DNA of 63,773 nt, filler included, from Platydemus manokwari (Eukaryota): assembly GCA_037951405.1 (NCBI GenBank). It is 6 parts of 6 records of this genome, joined end to end, with 100 filler letters (N's around TTAATTAATTAA, not from the genome) between each part and the next. Parts side by side here need not be neighbours in the genome. Positions count along the whole stretch, not along the records: positions 29,668 to 44,452 come from JBBMOY011394757.1; positions 44,553 to 54,615 come from JBBMOY011172989.1; 4 more parts are not named here. One strand, written 5' to 3'. The notes beneath the pieces were generated by a model that was given only the letters and a program-made list of their open reading frames with translations, ran no database searches and had not been told where the DNA came from. Both the position numbers and the translations under genes were made by a program. Shown here piece by piece: positions 40,527-53,340 of this stretch. Numbering within the stretch: the stretch's first letter is position 1; the number at the start of each line of letters is the position of its first letter.

Positions 40527-43500
40527 TCACATAGTGGCAGGGCAAAATATCACTATATCGACTAGAAAAATAGAGATTGTTCGATTATTGATTACCTGTA
40601 GGTCAACTAGATATTTTGATCCTGTGAATTGACAGTATTTCTCAACAAAAACATCATTTTCAGTGTACTTGTTAATGTAGTTTGCCGTTAATTCCATGAT
40701 GTTCATATGTCGATTGAGAATAAAAGAGTTTGATACGTTACACTTTGTAAACACGTGAGTCTGGGATTCCACTTCGTAAAGACACTTCCGGCATTGATGT
40801 TTTTGCATGAATTTTTTATTTAAAGTAGCCAATGTATCGTAGCGTGCTTGATGAAGGAAGCAGAATTCCGAGATTGACAGTCTACCGTTATATATCACTT
40901 TCTTCCAGGTAGAAGTTATCTCCGGTAGAATTTTGGTGTACTAGTTTTGACCATCTGAGTTGGTAGCTTCTGTTGAAGAATATCCGTAGTAACTTGGTCA
41001 GTTTGTTCAGGCGCTTCTTTCCTAGTAGAGCTTCTGTAGATAAGTCCACAATGTCTATTGTAATATTTTGATAGATTCTTATTCCAATATCTCCATCTAT
41101 GATTTGGATGTCTTGGTTGTCAGCATTTCCATCTGAGCATATCTGATTGCTTTTCGAATTTTGTCTAGTATGAGTCACATAGTATGTCCTAGCAAAAAAT
41201 ACAATTTTACTATTAATGAACATACTGTATGCATGTAATTTTTGCCAGGGTAGCAGTACACTGTCAGCCAGTTTTTCGGATAGACACTTGACTTCAATTT
41301 CCAGATTGTAAATTGAATTGTGGAGTTTTAGTGAGAAATTTACTCCCAAGTATCTATAGTAATATTCTACTTGCAACTGAGCAGTCTGTTGATTGTTGAT
41401 TGTCGGGCCCATGGTTGTTTCTTTTGATTTAATATTCCAAACATGTTCGCATTTGATGGGCTTAAATCGAATTCCCAGTTGGTCCACCATTGGTAGCGAT
41501 GAGTTCATCAAGTTTTGGCATTCTTCCACGCTTTTGGCGATGATAGCAATGTCATCAGCGTAAGCTAGAGTTGTAATTCGGTGACTTGCCAGCATTATAC
41601 CAGCATTTTGCACTTGCTCTATTTGAACAAAAACCGAATTTATTGCGACATTGAACAAAAGCATGGAGATAGGGCACCCTTGCCGTACTCCTCTTCTGAT
41701 GATAATGAATTTGGTTGTGTATTCTTTACACTGGAACGCGGTTTGGAAGTTGTTGTATAGGCTCCGAATGATTTGTATTGATGTCATGTTTTTGTACGTA
41801 ATTCTGTTTCTGCCAGGGGCGCTAGGCTTTTTGTCCTTTAATATAGCTTAGGTTTCTTCAATGTTGAAGTTCTTGATTTTGAAAGTTGGTGCTCGTTTGA
41901 TTAGGCTGTTCAGAATGGTTTCGAGCATATTTTAGAACATTTTTCCATTGAATGTACTTTGTTTTGCTTCCTGGTGTAGTGACTTTCCAATTTTTGTTTC
42001 GGAGGACAACAGTCTGCATCATTTGAACTAGTGACAATCTTAAACGCAGAGGCTGGCGCTATTTTGTACAGTTTCTGTAAACATAGATCAGTTTTCCCTA
42101 GGTCGGTTGATTGATTGCTTTTACCCTTATAAGGGTTTCTTTCATCTTTGATTGAGCTTAATTCTCTGAAATGAATGATGAATAGTTTGTATTTGTCATG
42201 GAGTGATGTCTTCTCCAATTTGCTGCATAGTTCATTGGCCAAGATTTCTCTTGTCTCGATGGTGGTTCGAGGATTGTTATTGGTTATCGGCAGAATTATG
42301 TTTTTCAGATTATTTTTTCGCAAATATTTCTGTGTTCATCAGTAATAATATCATTCATCGGGTCCAACAGTGAGATCGTTACTTTTTTAGCTTTTACTTT
42401 CACCAGGATCCATTGTTTTGATTTCAAGAGAGCTGGACAGAATACTAGTTCTCGATTTTTGAAAAATCTGAAATCAAGGCTATCAATAATATCTTTGACC
42501 TTGTTTCTCGTTATTGCTTCACTGATGAACAGGTAATGTAATAGGTTGCGTTTCTGTTTAAATTCACTTCTTGGTATTAGGCACATATGTTTCTCAGAGA
42601 AAAGAACATAATCTTCCTTGTTCACTATTGTCTCAGCGCCTCCACCGATTTTTGATAAGTTCTTAATTAGACAGGAAGTACTTGATGTATTATCTCGATG
42701 TCTATTGCTGCATTCTTATCTTCAGTCATAATCTTTTCAGCATAGCCACAGATCATGGGTCCGCAGTCATCACTGTTTGATTGGCAAATTCTAGTTTTGA
42801 AACTGGTAGGTAATTTTATGACCATGATCATCCCGTTTGTAGACTGATTAATGGTATCAACCAGAACTTTTACTCTCTCCATGGCCAATTGTAAGAAATG
42901 ACTCTGGTCTCCGATAGGATCGATTATTTCTGCGATGTCGTTGATCTGTCCACAGAAGAGAGTCCAGTGCGTATTTGATACATTGACTGGTGCAATTATT
43001 TTACTTGCCAATTGTGGAATGTTGTACAAAATTGAGATCGCCTGGTCTCTTACTGTATTGCAAAATCGCTTGTGTGTTGTATGAATCGATGCATATGATC
43101 TTCGGATTTTCAGGAATAGATTTAATATATGCATCAATTTGGTCTCTGGAACCAAAGCAGGTTATCAGGCACTGAGGGGTCAAAATTAAAGAACCGGAAT
43201 CTCCCTTAGTATAACCCCATCAATTAATTTTGCATTATTCTGTTGAGATATCAGGTCTTGGAACCTATCTTGGCTTAGATGCAATTAAGTCTTGGCTCGG
43301 GCTGGCGAAGGATGGGATCGTCAGCTGTCTCTTTTTTGTAGTTTCTCTCGGTTTAGGTTGTTCGATCGTTGTTTGAGTATTGGCATTCACTTGGATTTTG
43401 ACAATTTCTTTAAATGGAGAGATAATTTTTGGTTGATCAGTTTCTTTATCGAGGTCAATCTCCATAGTATTATCAACATTCTTCCCGTCGTAAGTAGTTG

Positions 43501-44375
43501 GAGATTTGTTTTTTAGTTCTTTTCTTCATAGTTTTCTCGTTTGCTCTTGGTCAAATTATATTGACGATAGCTTGTTTCAACTTTTTCATTTTTGGTGTTC
43601 GCATTTATTGTAATCATTATCTATACTGATTACGTTCCTCGCTTTATCTAGATTCATTGATAAAGATTTGTTCGGGATTTCAATTTTTTGTGTTTATTTT
43701 CAATGGTTATCTTCATATTTTCGGTTCTTGTAACCTTCATATGATTTCGTTGCACATGGTGATAATTTCTTCGTCCCTATTTTTTATTTCTGTCAAGTTT
43801 GAAGCCTTCGTCGTCGATAAATATAGATTTTGGATTCTCTTTGTTGTTAATTTTGGAAGCTTCATAATCTTTTTGTTTATCTACTATTTCGGCATAGGAA
43901 CGTCAGCATTGAGATCTGCATCTGGATTTTTGGTTTTGTCTATTGTCCCTGGCGATTGGAGGTTTTTGGCCATATCAGTGACTTCCAAGTACGGACAAAA
44001 GTTTTTCTATCAGTTGGCGTTTCAAATCTTCTTCATTTGCGAAATTTTCAGTTTTTCGAAAATTTCGATTTTTTGGCCCTTTCAAACCTCGTTTACCAGA
44101 TCTCAGATCGTTTTTATATGAGCCTTCCTGGGGACTGGAGATATAGAACCTGTCATCCTTGTCGGAGAACTCTTTTTTTTACCTTTGCTATTGCCTCGCC
44201 TGTTCAGAAAAGGTTTCTCGCCAGGTAAGTTTAGATTTTCCATCAGAATAAAATTTAGGTTTTTTAGAAAATCGCTTGTCTGAGTTTCTTCTAGGACTGG
44301 GGGCATAATTAAGCCCGTCACCTAGCTCAACATACTCTTTTTTAAGTCCTTGATAAGAGGCTAACATAAAGTTGA
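40527..44375 (-). mobile_element. RLE-type non-LTR retrotransposon (NeSL/R2-like) with Ulp1 protease domains, RT, CCHC knuckle and restriction-like endonuclease; decayed
   Basis: Ulp1/C48: APVNVSNTHW...IIDP...QSNSDDCG. RT: SAPG, RGVRQGCPISMLLFN, LAYADD, FKPIKC, YRYLG. C-terminal: CRKC...ESQTHVFTKC...RH...LVDLQVI...FLVDI. Frameshifts, stops and internal deletions. Confidence 0.92.
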
Positions 44376-44452
44376 GAAATGCTGCTTCAAAGGTATGAAA
44401 GGAAGTCGTTTCTGCATAGAATAGTAACGGGTGATGAAAAATGGATTAATTT
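44376..44452 (+). mobile_element. mariner transposase fragment (cut by contig end)
   Basis: Translates EMLLQRYERKSFLHRIVTGDEKWIN, the canonical Mos1-like motif around the first catalytic Asp of DD34D. Confidence 0.9.
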
Positions 44453-44552
44453 NNNNNNNNNNNNNNNNNNNNNNNNNNNNNNNNNNNNNNNNNNNNTTAA
44501 TTAATTAANNNNNNNNNNNNNNNNNNNNNNNNNNNNNNNNNNNNNNNNNNNN
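44453..44552. other. Artificial contig linker
   Basis: 44 N + TTAATTAATTAA + 44 N. Confidence 0.99.
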
Positions 44553-44892
44553 ATCATTAAGAAATATTTGATTTTTAATCAATTTATTTTTCAGTAAGGA
44601 ATGATTGTTTGAAATTTTAATTTTGCAATTATTTTTTTTAATATTTAATAGCTCTTATTAATAATGATGTGAAAGCAGACATATGTCTGATAATATGCCA
44701 AATTATAAAAAAATAAAATTCTTGAACGCAAAAACTATTTTAATTTGATTTTTAATTAATATTAAGAAATATTTTTATATTTCAGAGTTTAGAAATTTTT
44801 TGTAAAATGACATTAGAATAATTTAAACACCGTTTCTTTAAATAAATCAGTTTAAACTTTTGGAATTTTTCAAATGAATTTCATGAATTTTA

Positions 44893-45695
44893 ATGAAATT
44901 ACTAATACATCTAAAGGATAAAAGAAATAATACGCTAACACTTATCATGAAATCTCAGATTATTAATTCTATGTCAGGGAGAAATGTATATTTTAACTGT
45001 GAACATATGCAGAAAACTGGTTCGTTCAAAATTAGAAGTGCGTTAAACATTGTAACTATATTTTCTGACCAAGTATGTAACATTTCATGATTAATTTTCG
45101 AACATTATTTGTCCAAAATGAGTAACGAATATGTTAAAGATGTCGTGACTCATTTGGGTGGAAATCACGGTCAATCAGTAGTTTATGCTGCGAAACTTTT
45201 TAGTCTTTAAAAGTGGTGTACTTAATAAATGATAAAATGATAGCTTAAAATCTCATCTATAATATTCTAGAAAATGTCCACGATAAAATGTGATCCTCTA
45301 AGTAATTATGATGGCCAGTTATATTTTTGTGATAACACTTATAATGGTCGAATTGAAAGTTGGGTACGATTACCAAAAGAACACGATTATGTAATTATTC
45401 CTCCATATAACGATTATGAAATCATTTGTATCCAAGTAAGTAGATATTATTAACTGAATTATTAGTTGGATAATTAATATTTATTTCCTTTATTCAAAAT
45501 ATTGGTTAATAAACTTGAAAACAATTTGATGTTGATTTTGCATATAAATAAAAATATCCATATAGGGGAATTTATGTTTGGAATTTTATAATCAAGTACC
45601 AGCTTTGGATGCTGTTCTAATATCAACAAGTGGTGGTGGGCTAATTTCGGGTACTGTTGTGTAGCTCTGAAAGGTCTTAATCCTAACATTAAAGG
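44893..45695 (+). pseudogene. SRR: Serine racemase/threonine dehydratase-like (PLP fold II) intron-containing pseudogene
   Basis: NVYFNCEHMQKTGSFKIRSALN, VVTHLGGNHGQSVVYAAK, IIPPYND, VPALDAVLISTSGGGLISG...LKGLNPNIK. In-frame TAA at 45208-45210, conserved-site substitutions, and no recognisable 3' exons. Confidence 0.82.
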
Positions 45696-47811
45696 TAATT
45701 GATTTAAATTTTGGAATACATAATCAATGTTAAATCAATAATTCATTGAATAATTAATTAATTATTAATTCGAAATTAATTAAAATTACAAATTAAAAGC
45801 TATCGGTGATTTCAAAGCATATCTAGATTTATTTATTGAACTGGTAACATTAGTGATATTTATTCCACCGAATAAGTTATTTGAATTTCTAATTCACAGT
45901 TGTTGGCTTGAAATCAAATCATTAAAACTATAAAAGCTACAAAAGCTGCATTGCAATAAAGGAAAGACAAACAACAAAATAAGCACAACATTTATACAGT
46001 TGGTAATGCAAATATTTTTTTTCGCCTCTAGCGGTATTTTTAAATCAGATCACCTTTTCAATCACATGGGTTTTATGCTTTGTTTATTTCAAATAATGAA
46101 ATGTGTAATGGTTATGAGAGTTTATTGTATGAACCAATCAGAGTTTTGTAGTCATTTTAAACCATTTAGTATCGAATATGACATCTAATTCACCATTTAT
46201 TGATTTATTCGAACCTTTGGCTATTTCGAACATGTTTTACTTGACCGTGGATAAGCATTGTAAATACATTCTAGTTTTTATATCAAAATATCCCTCACAA
46301 GATGATCCATTATATTATTTATTATTTCATTAAAGATATCTATTTCAATATACAACACAACTTTAATAGAATCGGATTCCAAATTAACTTGTAAATTAAT
46401 AAAAAAGAATAAACCAATGAAAATAGATTATGTAAAAATAAATTATCGGATAACAATAAAATATTGACAGTGCTAAATATCAACAAATAAACAAGGATGA
46501 TAATTTTAGAATTATTGCTTTCATTCATTATTTAATACTTATATCTGCTAGGTAAAGCGGTTGTCTTTATTTTAAGAGGTAAATAGTCTGTTGTGGAGTA
46601 TCCACAAGAGCCCTAATTTACTGACTACCTGAGGGTGGTTAAATATCACCACAAATTGTTGCTAATATTAACAGAAGATTTTAATTTATTTAATTAGGTG
46701 AAATGAGTTTGCACAGTTCAAATAATATTGAGTTGAAATATTATTTAAAGGCATACAACGAAATATTCTAAATGTAAATAGAATATAATGAAATTACTTG
46801 TGTTCTTGAAAGGGCTCCTCTTTTCAACTTTAGTATAATCCTTTTATATTGATGCAAATGCTATAGAGGCTTGTGATGGTTAATTATTTTGACGATATTA
46901 GAGCAAAATTAGTCGATATATGAGTACCAAATGCTTATTTGATTGTTTTGATAATCGATTTCATATTCATAATTATTGTTACAATACCAGTTTCAGATGG
47001 ACGTGTTAATCGAGGCAATTATGAATTTTTCAAAAAACTTCTCAGAAAACAAAAAACTGTTTGAATTTCTGATTCACAATTGTTGTCTTGAAATCAAATG
47101 ATCAAGATTATAAAAGTTACAATATCTAGTATAGTAATAAAGTTAAGACCAAACAACAAGAATAAGCCCTGTATATATATGGATTAAATAAAATATCATT
47201 TTGTGAATAAATTATTCTAATAATATTATAAATAAACTATCTGTAATGGAATTTAGTCCTTTCTATCATTTATTTTGAATATCATTCAATTATTTTATAT
47301 ATTACCACATTTTATATTACATCAATATCTCTGTTTAGTATGTGATTATTGGTTCGGTTTGATTATTTACTGATATTTGTTTGATGTTTGTATCAATGTT
47401 TATTGTTTTCAGCTTTTTGCGTAGAACCTGTGAGTAAAGTATTGAAAGAGCTAGTGTGCAGGTGTCAATCTTTTTATAATATGATAAAACCGATATAAAT
47501 GATAAAAAAAATATTCCAGAATCTTAGTCCTCATTCTGATGCTCATTCATTATATAATATTCATATCCATTTCAGGACTGTTTTGGTTCCCTAGTAGCCG
47601 GGAAAACTGACTGTTGCTTCTATTTCTTATAATTTATTACTTCATTAAACTTGACTCGAAGTTATAGAGGATATTTCGATTTTATAATCGCACGTCCTTC
47701 ACAAACACATTTTCCAAATTTTCATATAATGTGTTTAACAGATGTTTTATTAGTATAAAAGCTTTTAAATTGAGAAAGCTTTGGCATGGCGTTCTCGTTA
47801 CACATTTTCAG

Positions 47812-47814
<3 letters not shown>

Positions 47815-47847
<33 letters not shown>
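47815..47847. repeat. (TA)n microsatellite
   Basis: Directly visible. Confidence 0.95.
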
Positions 47848-47848
<1 letters not shown>

Positions 47849-49145
47849 CAACTTGTCTATAAATTTTGCATCAACTATTGTTGAGGAGAACCTACAGCAA
47901 TCCTAATAATGTAACAACAGAACACTCCATTTTTACAATTTAATAAAATTTTAGTTCAACATTCAGATTCTACAAATCGTCCTTAAATCAATACAAGCAA
48001 CAAATTCTCACCAAATACATCACTTTATCAAATATTTTTACTACATTGAAATTCTCGTTTCTCTAATTCTATTGATTTTTATTTTCAAATAGAAATCTAA
48101 CAGCAATCCTATCAATTTTTCACTGACATCTTTATTTTAATAATCATCTCCAACAATCAGATCCACATTTCCAAACTTCAATAAAAAAGCCATAAAATAA
48201 CACGCTTTCTAACAATTCGAATTCAATCCTGCCAGCTCTAGAATAACGATGGGATTAACATTATCTAGCTTTTAATATGCTGCAGCACACATGTATCACA
48301 TTATTTTGATAAACATTTATCTTAATATGTTTTGTGCAATGAAGAATTTGTGATAATGAACATTTAATTTATTTATCCTGTTGTACGAAACTTGTTATTG
48401 AAGAATATTATATTCTGACTTTAATTTTTATCATTATAATGCTATAGTTATTTTGTGATAAATAATATAGAATTTTTATAAATAAACTCTAAAGACGAGA
48501 AGAGTGCGGTAACTATTGTTGATCAATTGTCAGAGCCATCAATCAAAAGAGCTATTAATCCAACAAATCCGTTTTTATCAAATTGATCGAATTCTGATTT
48601 ATGATAAAGATAAAAACTGGGTTTTAATTTTGATTGCTTATCTGATCGACCTGATCACAGATTTTTTATTAAAAATAATTTAATAAACTGGCTTCTTACT
48701 CGGATTTACTTTTTAATAAATTTGATTTTACAATTTTGATAAAAATTGTTAATTTTGTCAAATGTTATTTTTATTAAATTTTTATATAAAATAAAACAAA
48801 AGAATTAATTTAATAACAAATAAAATAAATAGACAGTGATATGAAAACAAATTTAATGGCAAGAGAAAATAAATAATAAAAAAATAACTAATGACGATTA
48901 AGAATAATAAAATCAAACAACAAATAAGGAATGCAAAAAATTGCGTAATGAAGAACATTAGATCATCCGAGGGAGCAGTCTACGCACCGAAAATAGTATG
49001 AAACGTTGATGTGGATATCAACTATCATCCACTAAAAAAGTACATAACAAGACTGTAGTTAGAGCGGAATAGTCTACGATAGTTTACCAATATATTCAAA
49101 TCACATCGGATTAATCATTAGTGGATTTTGGTGTTAATATCAATA

Positions 49146-49709
49146 CATTGGGATATTAATCAACAATTTAAATCTAAAACCTGTATTACTTAAAATATCA
49201 CAATCGAAATATCTATGACTATTAGTGAATTTTTTACAACTCTCAATGGTAAATCACACAATAGGGGATCAGCACCCGAAGGACAAAAACAGAATAAAAA
49301 GTAATCAAAAAGATCGATTACTAAAAACACAAGCATGACACATGAGTTACCGACCAAAAAGACTGACAGATATTCATGGAACTCAATCTTCTCTTTAGAC
49401 CTATAGGTTTGTGTCTTCTTGATGTCACTGGTCTTCGTTTTCCATTTACTGAATCTGTTTGTAGATCAATCTACTTGAAATATTCCTCGAATCTCTCGTG
49501 CCATTGGCGGATATTTGAGCTTTCTACCATCTGTAGGTATGTGCTTTCAATTCTTAATATGAATTAAGCTTCTGAGTATGGATTAATATTAGAACAAATC
49601 TGATTGGCTGACAACACACGTGCTTATCGGGTTTGTGTGTGTCGACCCTTTTTAGGGTTCTTTTCTTGGTTCTTGTGACCATTTTGATTGATTTGTGATC
49701 TACCCAACA
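49146..49709 (-). mobile_element. Solo LTR (564 bp), family X copy 2
   Basis: The reverse complement begins TGTTGGGTAGATCACAAATCAATCAAA exactly as at 38431, aligns throughout and ends ATATCCCAA. Flanked by an AATA direct repeat. Confidence 0.9.
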
Positions 49710-52700
49710 AATACATCATTGCGGAATTTTTGAAGAAGATATTGTACTGCAAAGATTATACTAATTTTACTTATTTCATCTTGTCCACCGTTTCAAACTT
49801 TAAGTAATCTACTTTGGTGGTACGCTGGACATTGTGCCTAGAATTTTTTGTGTTATCTTTTCCTTTGTTGAAATATTGTATTTTCCTTTCCAAATAATAT
49901 TCGCCACAATATTATGTGAACATTTATTCGAACGAATTTTGTTATTATTTTCTAATCCGTTAACAGTGTAATTCATGTTTATTATTCAAGCCATATTATT
50001 CTGAACATATTTTTTTCAAACGAGTAAATATTTTTATTGTTGTCATCATCGTTAACGTTAGACCCAAGGCTTTTAAGCTTCACAAAATGGTAAAAATTCT
50101 CACAAAAAAACTAAATATTAAAAATACATCATTTCATTAAATGTACTAATATCTTCACTGCTGGGTCGATCTTCACTAACTGATTGTCAAACTTTTCTAC
50201 GTCCTGCAAGTAGTCGTATTTATAAGAATTCTTAAATTAAAACTAAATAATCAATCTATTATAATTATAAGATATAATAATTAATTAGATTGATAATTAT
50301 AATAATTTTAAAATAGGGTATTAATTTTCAATCATATTTTATAATATATTTCAATCTAGCCAAGCTGTAAAGTAATATAAGATTGAGTTTAACTCGGATT
50401 GAAATAATAATTCAAGTGTGGTTCGTAAAATTAAATAATTTCTGAAACCTCAAAAATACCTGGTATATTCTTCAACAAATCATTATGCCAACAGATAGTA
50501 CAACGCAGGCAATAATGCAACTTAAGAAAGTCGCTCTCAAAATAAAATAGTTTTATGATGAAGAAATTGAAATATTGATGTTCTACTTTTATTATTTCAC
50601 CATTTTTTTTTAATTTTTAACTTGTTATCGAAATGGTATTTTAAGTTTTTCAGTGTACAAAATTAATATAAGATTCTTATTATTATTTCTTTTTACATAA
50701 ATTGTTCCGTTTAAAATTTGTTTCATTTATTTTTTAAACCAGTTTCAAGAAAAATGCTTTTGAAATAAATGTTAAAATACAAATGGAATTATCGTCATAG
50801 TAAAATTCAGACCAATTAACATGAAGCTAATGTAACTTCTTCAAAAATCATAAGTTAAATGCCAGACCTGCTGTTTCAGAATTTCTTTTCTATTTTCTCT
50901 AGTTAAATATTTCTTTTCTGTTTTCCTGAATTTTAAATTTATAACATTTCTAAAACAGAACGTTGGTATATTAATATGTAATCAATATTCGTAAGCAATT
51001 ATTGTTTTGATTAGGAAGTTATTATATTGTTTTAGTTTACATTGTATCCTAGGGTTATTAAGAAAAAGGGCGCTAAAATGAAATTCTTAATTTGTTGAGT
51101 GTATGGCAAAAATCTATATAGTTTATTTAATCATATTCTTTTAAAAAATATTGAACTTTTATTTACGTAATTAAGAAGGATTTTATTTGATCGAAATTAA
51201 ATATTGAATTGACTTCAGAATCTCTTAAAATTAGATTATTTGAAAACGTGCAAAATTAGGTCAAATTGCAATTTTTTGAAAAATTGCGAGGACCCACTTC
51301 TTTAATATTATAAGTAAATTGAGACATACTTTAAATGTGTACAATTATTTGATAGAAACAAGTAATATCGGACTATTAAGCATGTAACGAGTTTAATAAG
51401 TTTATTTATAATTAAATAAATTTAAATTTACAAAATTAAAAAGCTAATGTAGAAGTGTCATTATTAGAGCAAGAACGTAGATTAAAAACTATATTTTGTC
51501 CCAATTCTTCATCCTAAAAAGTGAGGTTAACTGAACTATATGAATAAATCAAACATCGCAATGAAATATAAAATTACCTCTTGCGTAAAAATTCATCATT
51601 ACGAAAATAGATCAATGGACTACTTTTCTTAACTTATTTCAAAACCCCGACAGGCCACTGGATTGATATGAACCTTAAGTGAGTTTGATCAAAATATTAT
51701 TTAGGTTATAAATAATTATTATTTTAATTGGATTACAGTATTATCCTATTTATCGACGTACAAAGACTGTGCTTGAAATATAAATATAAAGTTTTAAAAA
51801 GTTTGAATCCCATAGAATTGTACCTCATTAAATCCAATTAAGCTCTACAGTAATTCCTGAAAACAATATAATCTGACAAATGAAGAAAACAATAGTCAGA
51901 TTATACTTGTACTAAAATAAAATACTTGATAATTACCGAATGAAAATGGAAAAATCATCTTCTGAATTGTAAATTATGAACAACCAACGTTGATACCATT
52001 GCTTCCATAACTCAAAATGTTTGAAGAAATAAAACTTTCAAACATTAATAAATAATATTGATAAACAACCACGACTTACTGCATATTTAAGTGAAGAAAC
52101 ACACGATTGATCCGCATGTATAAAATCATATTCCGTTGCACAAGTGTCATACACACATTATCGTATCTATTCATTGGGTTTTTCTAACAATAATGGATGG
52201 GTGTCTCATTTTCAAAACACTTAAACATAGACTGCTACTTTCACTCTACTGCAAACTACTACCAAAATTTTGTCGAAAATCAGGGCTTGCGTTTTCAAAA
52301 TGAAAATAACATTTTTATCACTAGCAGTTTAGTTAAGAATTTAAACCAAAGGTTCATTTCCACTGTACACCAAACCTCAAAGAATATCTGCTTGTTTATG
52401 CGCTTCCGTCATTGCAAACTGTTTTTTAAGGTGATCCATGCAGCTGCGAAATCTGTAAATGATCTAAGATGGGTGAGTTTCTACTAAATAATGTCAATCC
52501 AAAATTTATGTCGTCACATTTTTATACTACGATGTGTCTTGGTATAAGTTTTTTTATTATTGATCAATTCAATAAATTTTTTCTGTAGTTATTTATTACG
52601 AAGTTATTTATTATAAAGTCATCTGATTCCTTAATTGAATGATATGTAACTTGATTTTTGGAAAAATACCAAATTTTATAGCTTCACTTATCAAATTTAT

Positions 52701-52949
52701 TTCAGTCAATACAAGCGATTAATTTTTATCGTGCAATTATTTATTTCAGACTGTTTAAATTTATATAAAAATCTATATTCGTGCAATCTTAAAAATAAAA
52801 TTTTTAAATCAAACAACAGGGAAATTGTTACAGGAATTAAATTTTTGCGATATATTATCAATAACAAAAAATTATATATGTATATATATATGTGTGTGTG
52901 TGTATGGGGAAAGGCAGGAAACATGAGCAAGCTATACTAAAATAGCAAA

Positions 52950-53340
52950 ACTGATAGCGTATCTGATGATGTTAAAATGCTTATGACCCTCAGCCCATAT
53001 GAACAATGGAAGAAGAAAAATGCCGAGGCAATCAGAAAATCATATTTGTCTCTGAGTTAGGAGATGTCTATACAATTTATAAGGCTTATACGGACCAAAA
53101 GAAACAAAAGAATGAGTGTTGAGATCGCGTACTAACTCTCCAACACTGGCCAACATGAACAACAAGTGCATAACAGAGCTATTCGGCAATGTTAGAAAAC
53201 GAACAAGAAAACTTCAAATGGAGAAATCTCGAATCAGAAAATCACATACATCGATCTTGAGAATTCAGTTTAAAAGTCGACATGGGAACTTGTGCCACTC
53301 CGTCGTGAATGCTGATATGTTTGTGAATGACAAATCTTAG
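52950..53340 (+). mobile_element. Possible Ty1/Copia gag-like relic
   Basis: YEQWKKKNAEAIRKSYLSLS* resembles the W.KK...A...I.LSL motif of copia gag (UBN2). Stop-riddled. Confidence 0.25.

Noticed and set aside
44220-44231. ACTTACCTGGC on the minus strand, matching the U1 snRNA 5' end
   Set aside because: The downstream sequence lacks U1 stem-loops and an Sm site, and it lies in decayed retroelement coding sequence. Likely chance.
52190-52490. Possible Tc1/mariner MITE
   Set aside because: The terminal motifs are not convincingly inverted, and no TA TSD or transposase motif was identified.
52955-52990. CTGATGA hammerhead-core-like heptamer
   Set aside because: No flanking stem II/GAAA or stem I/III pairing could be found.
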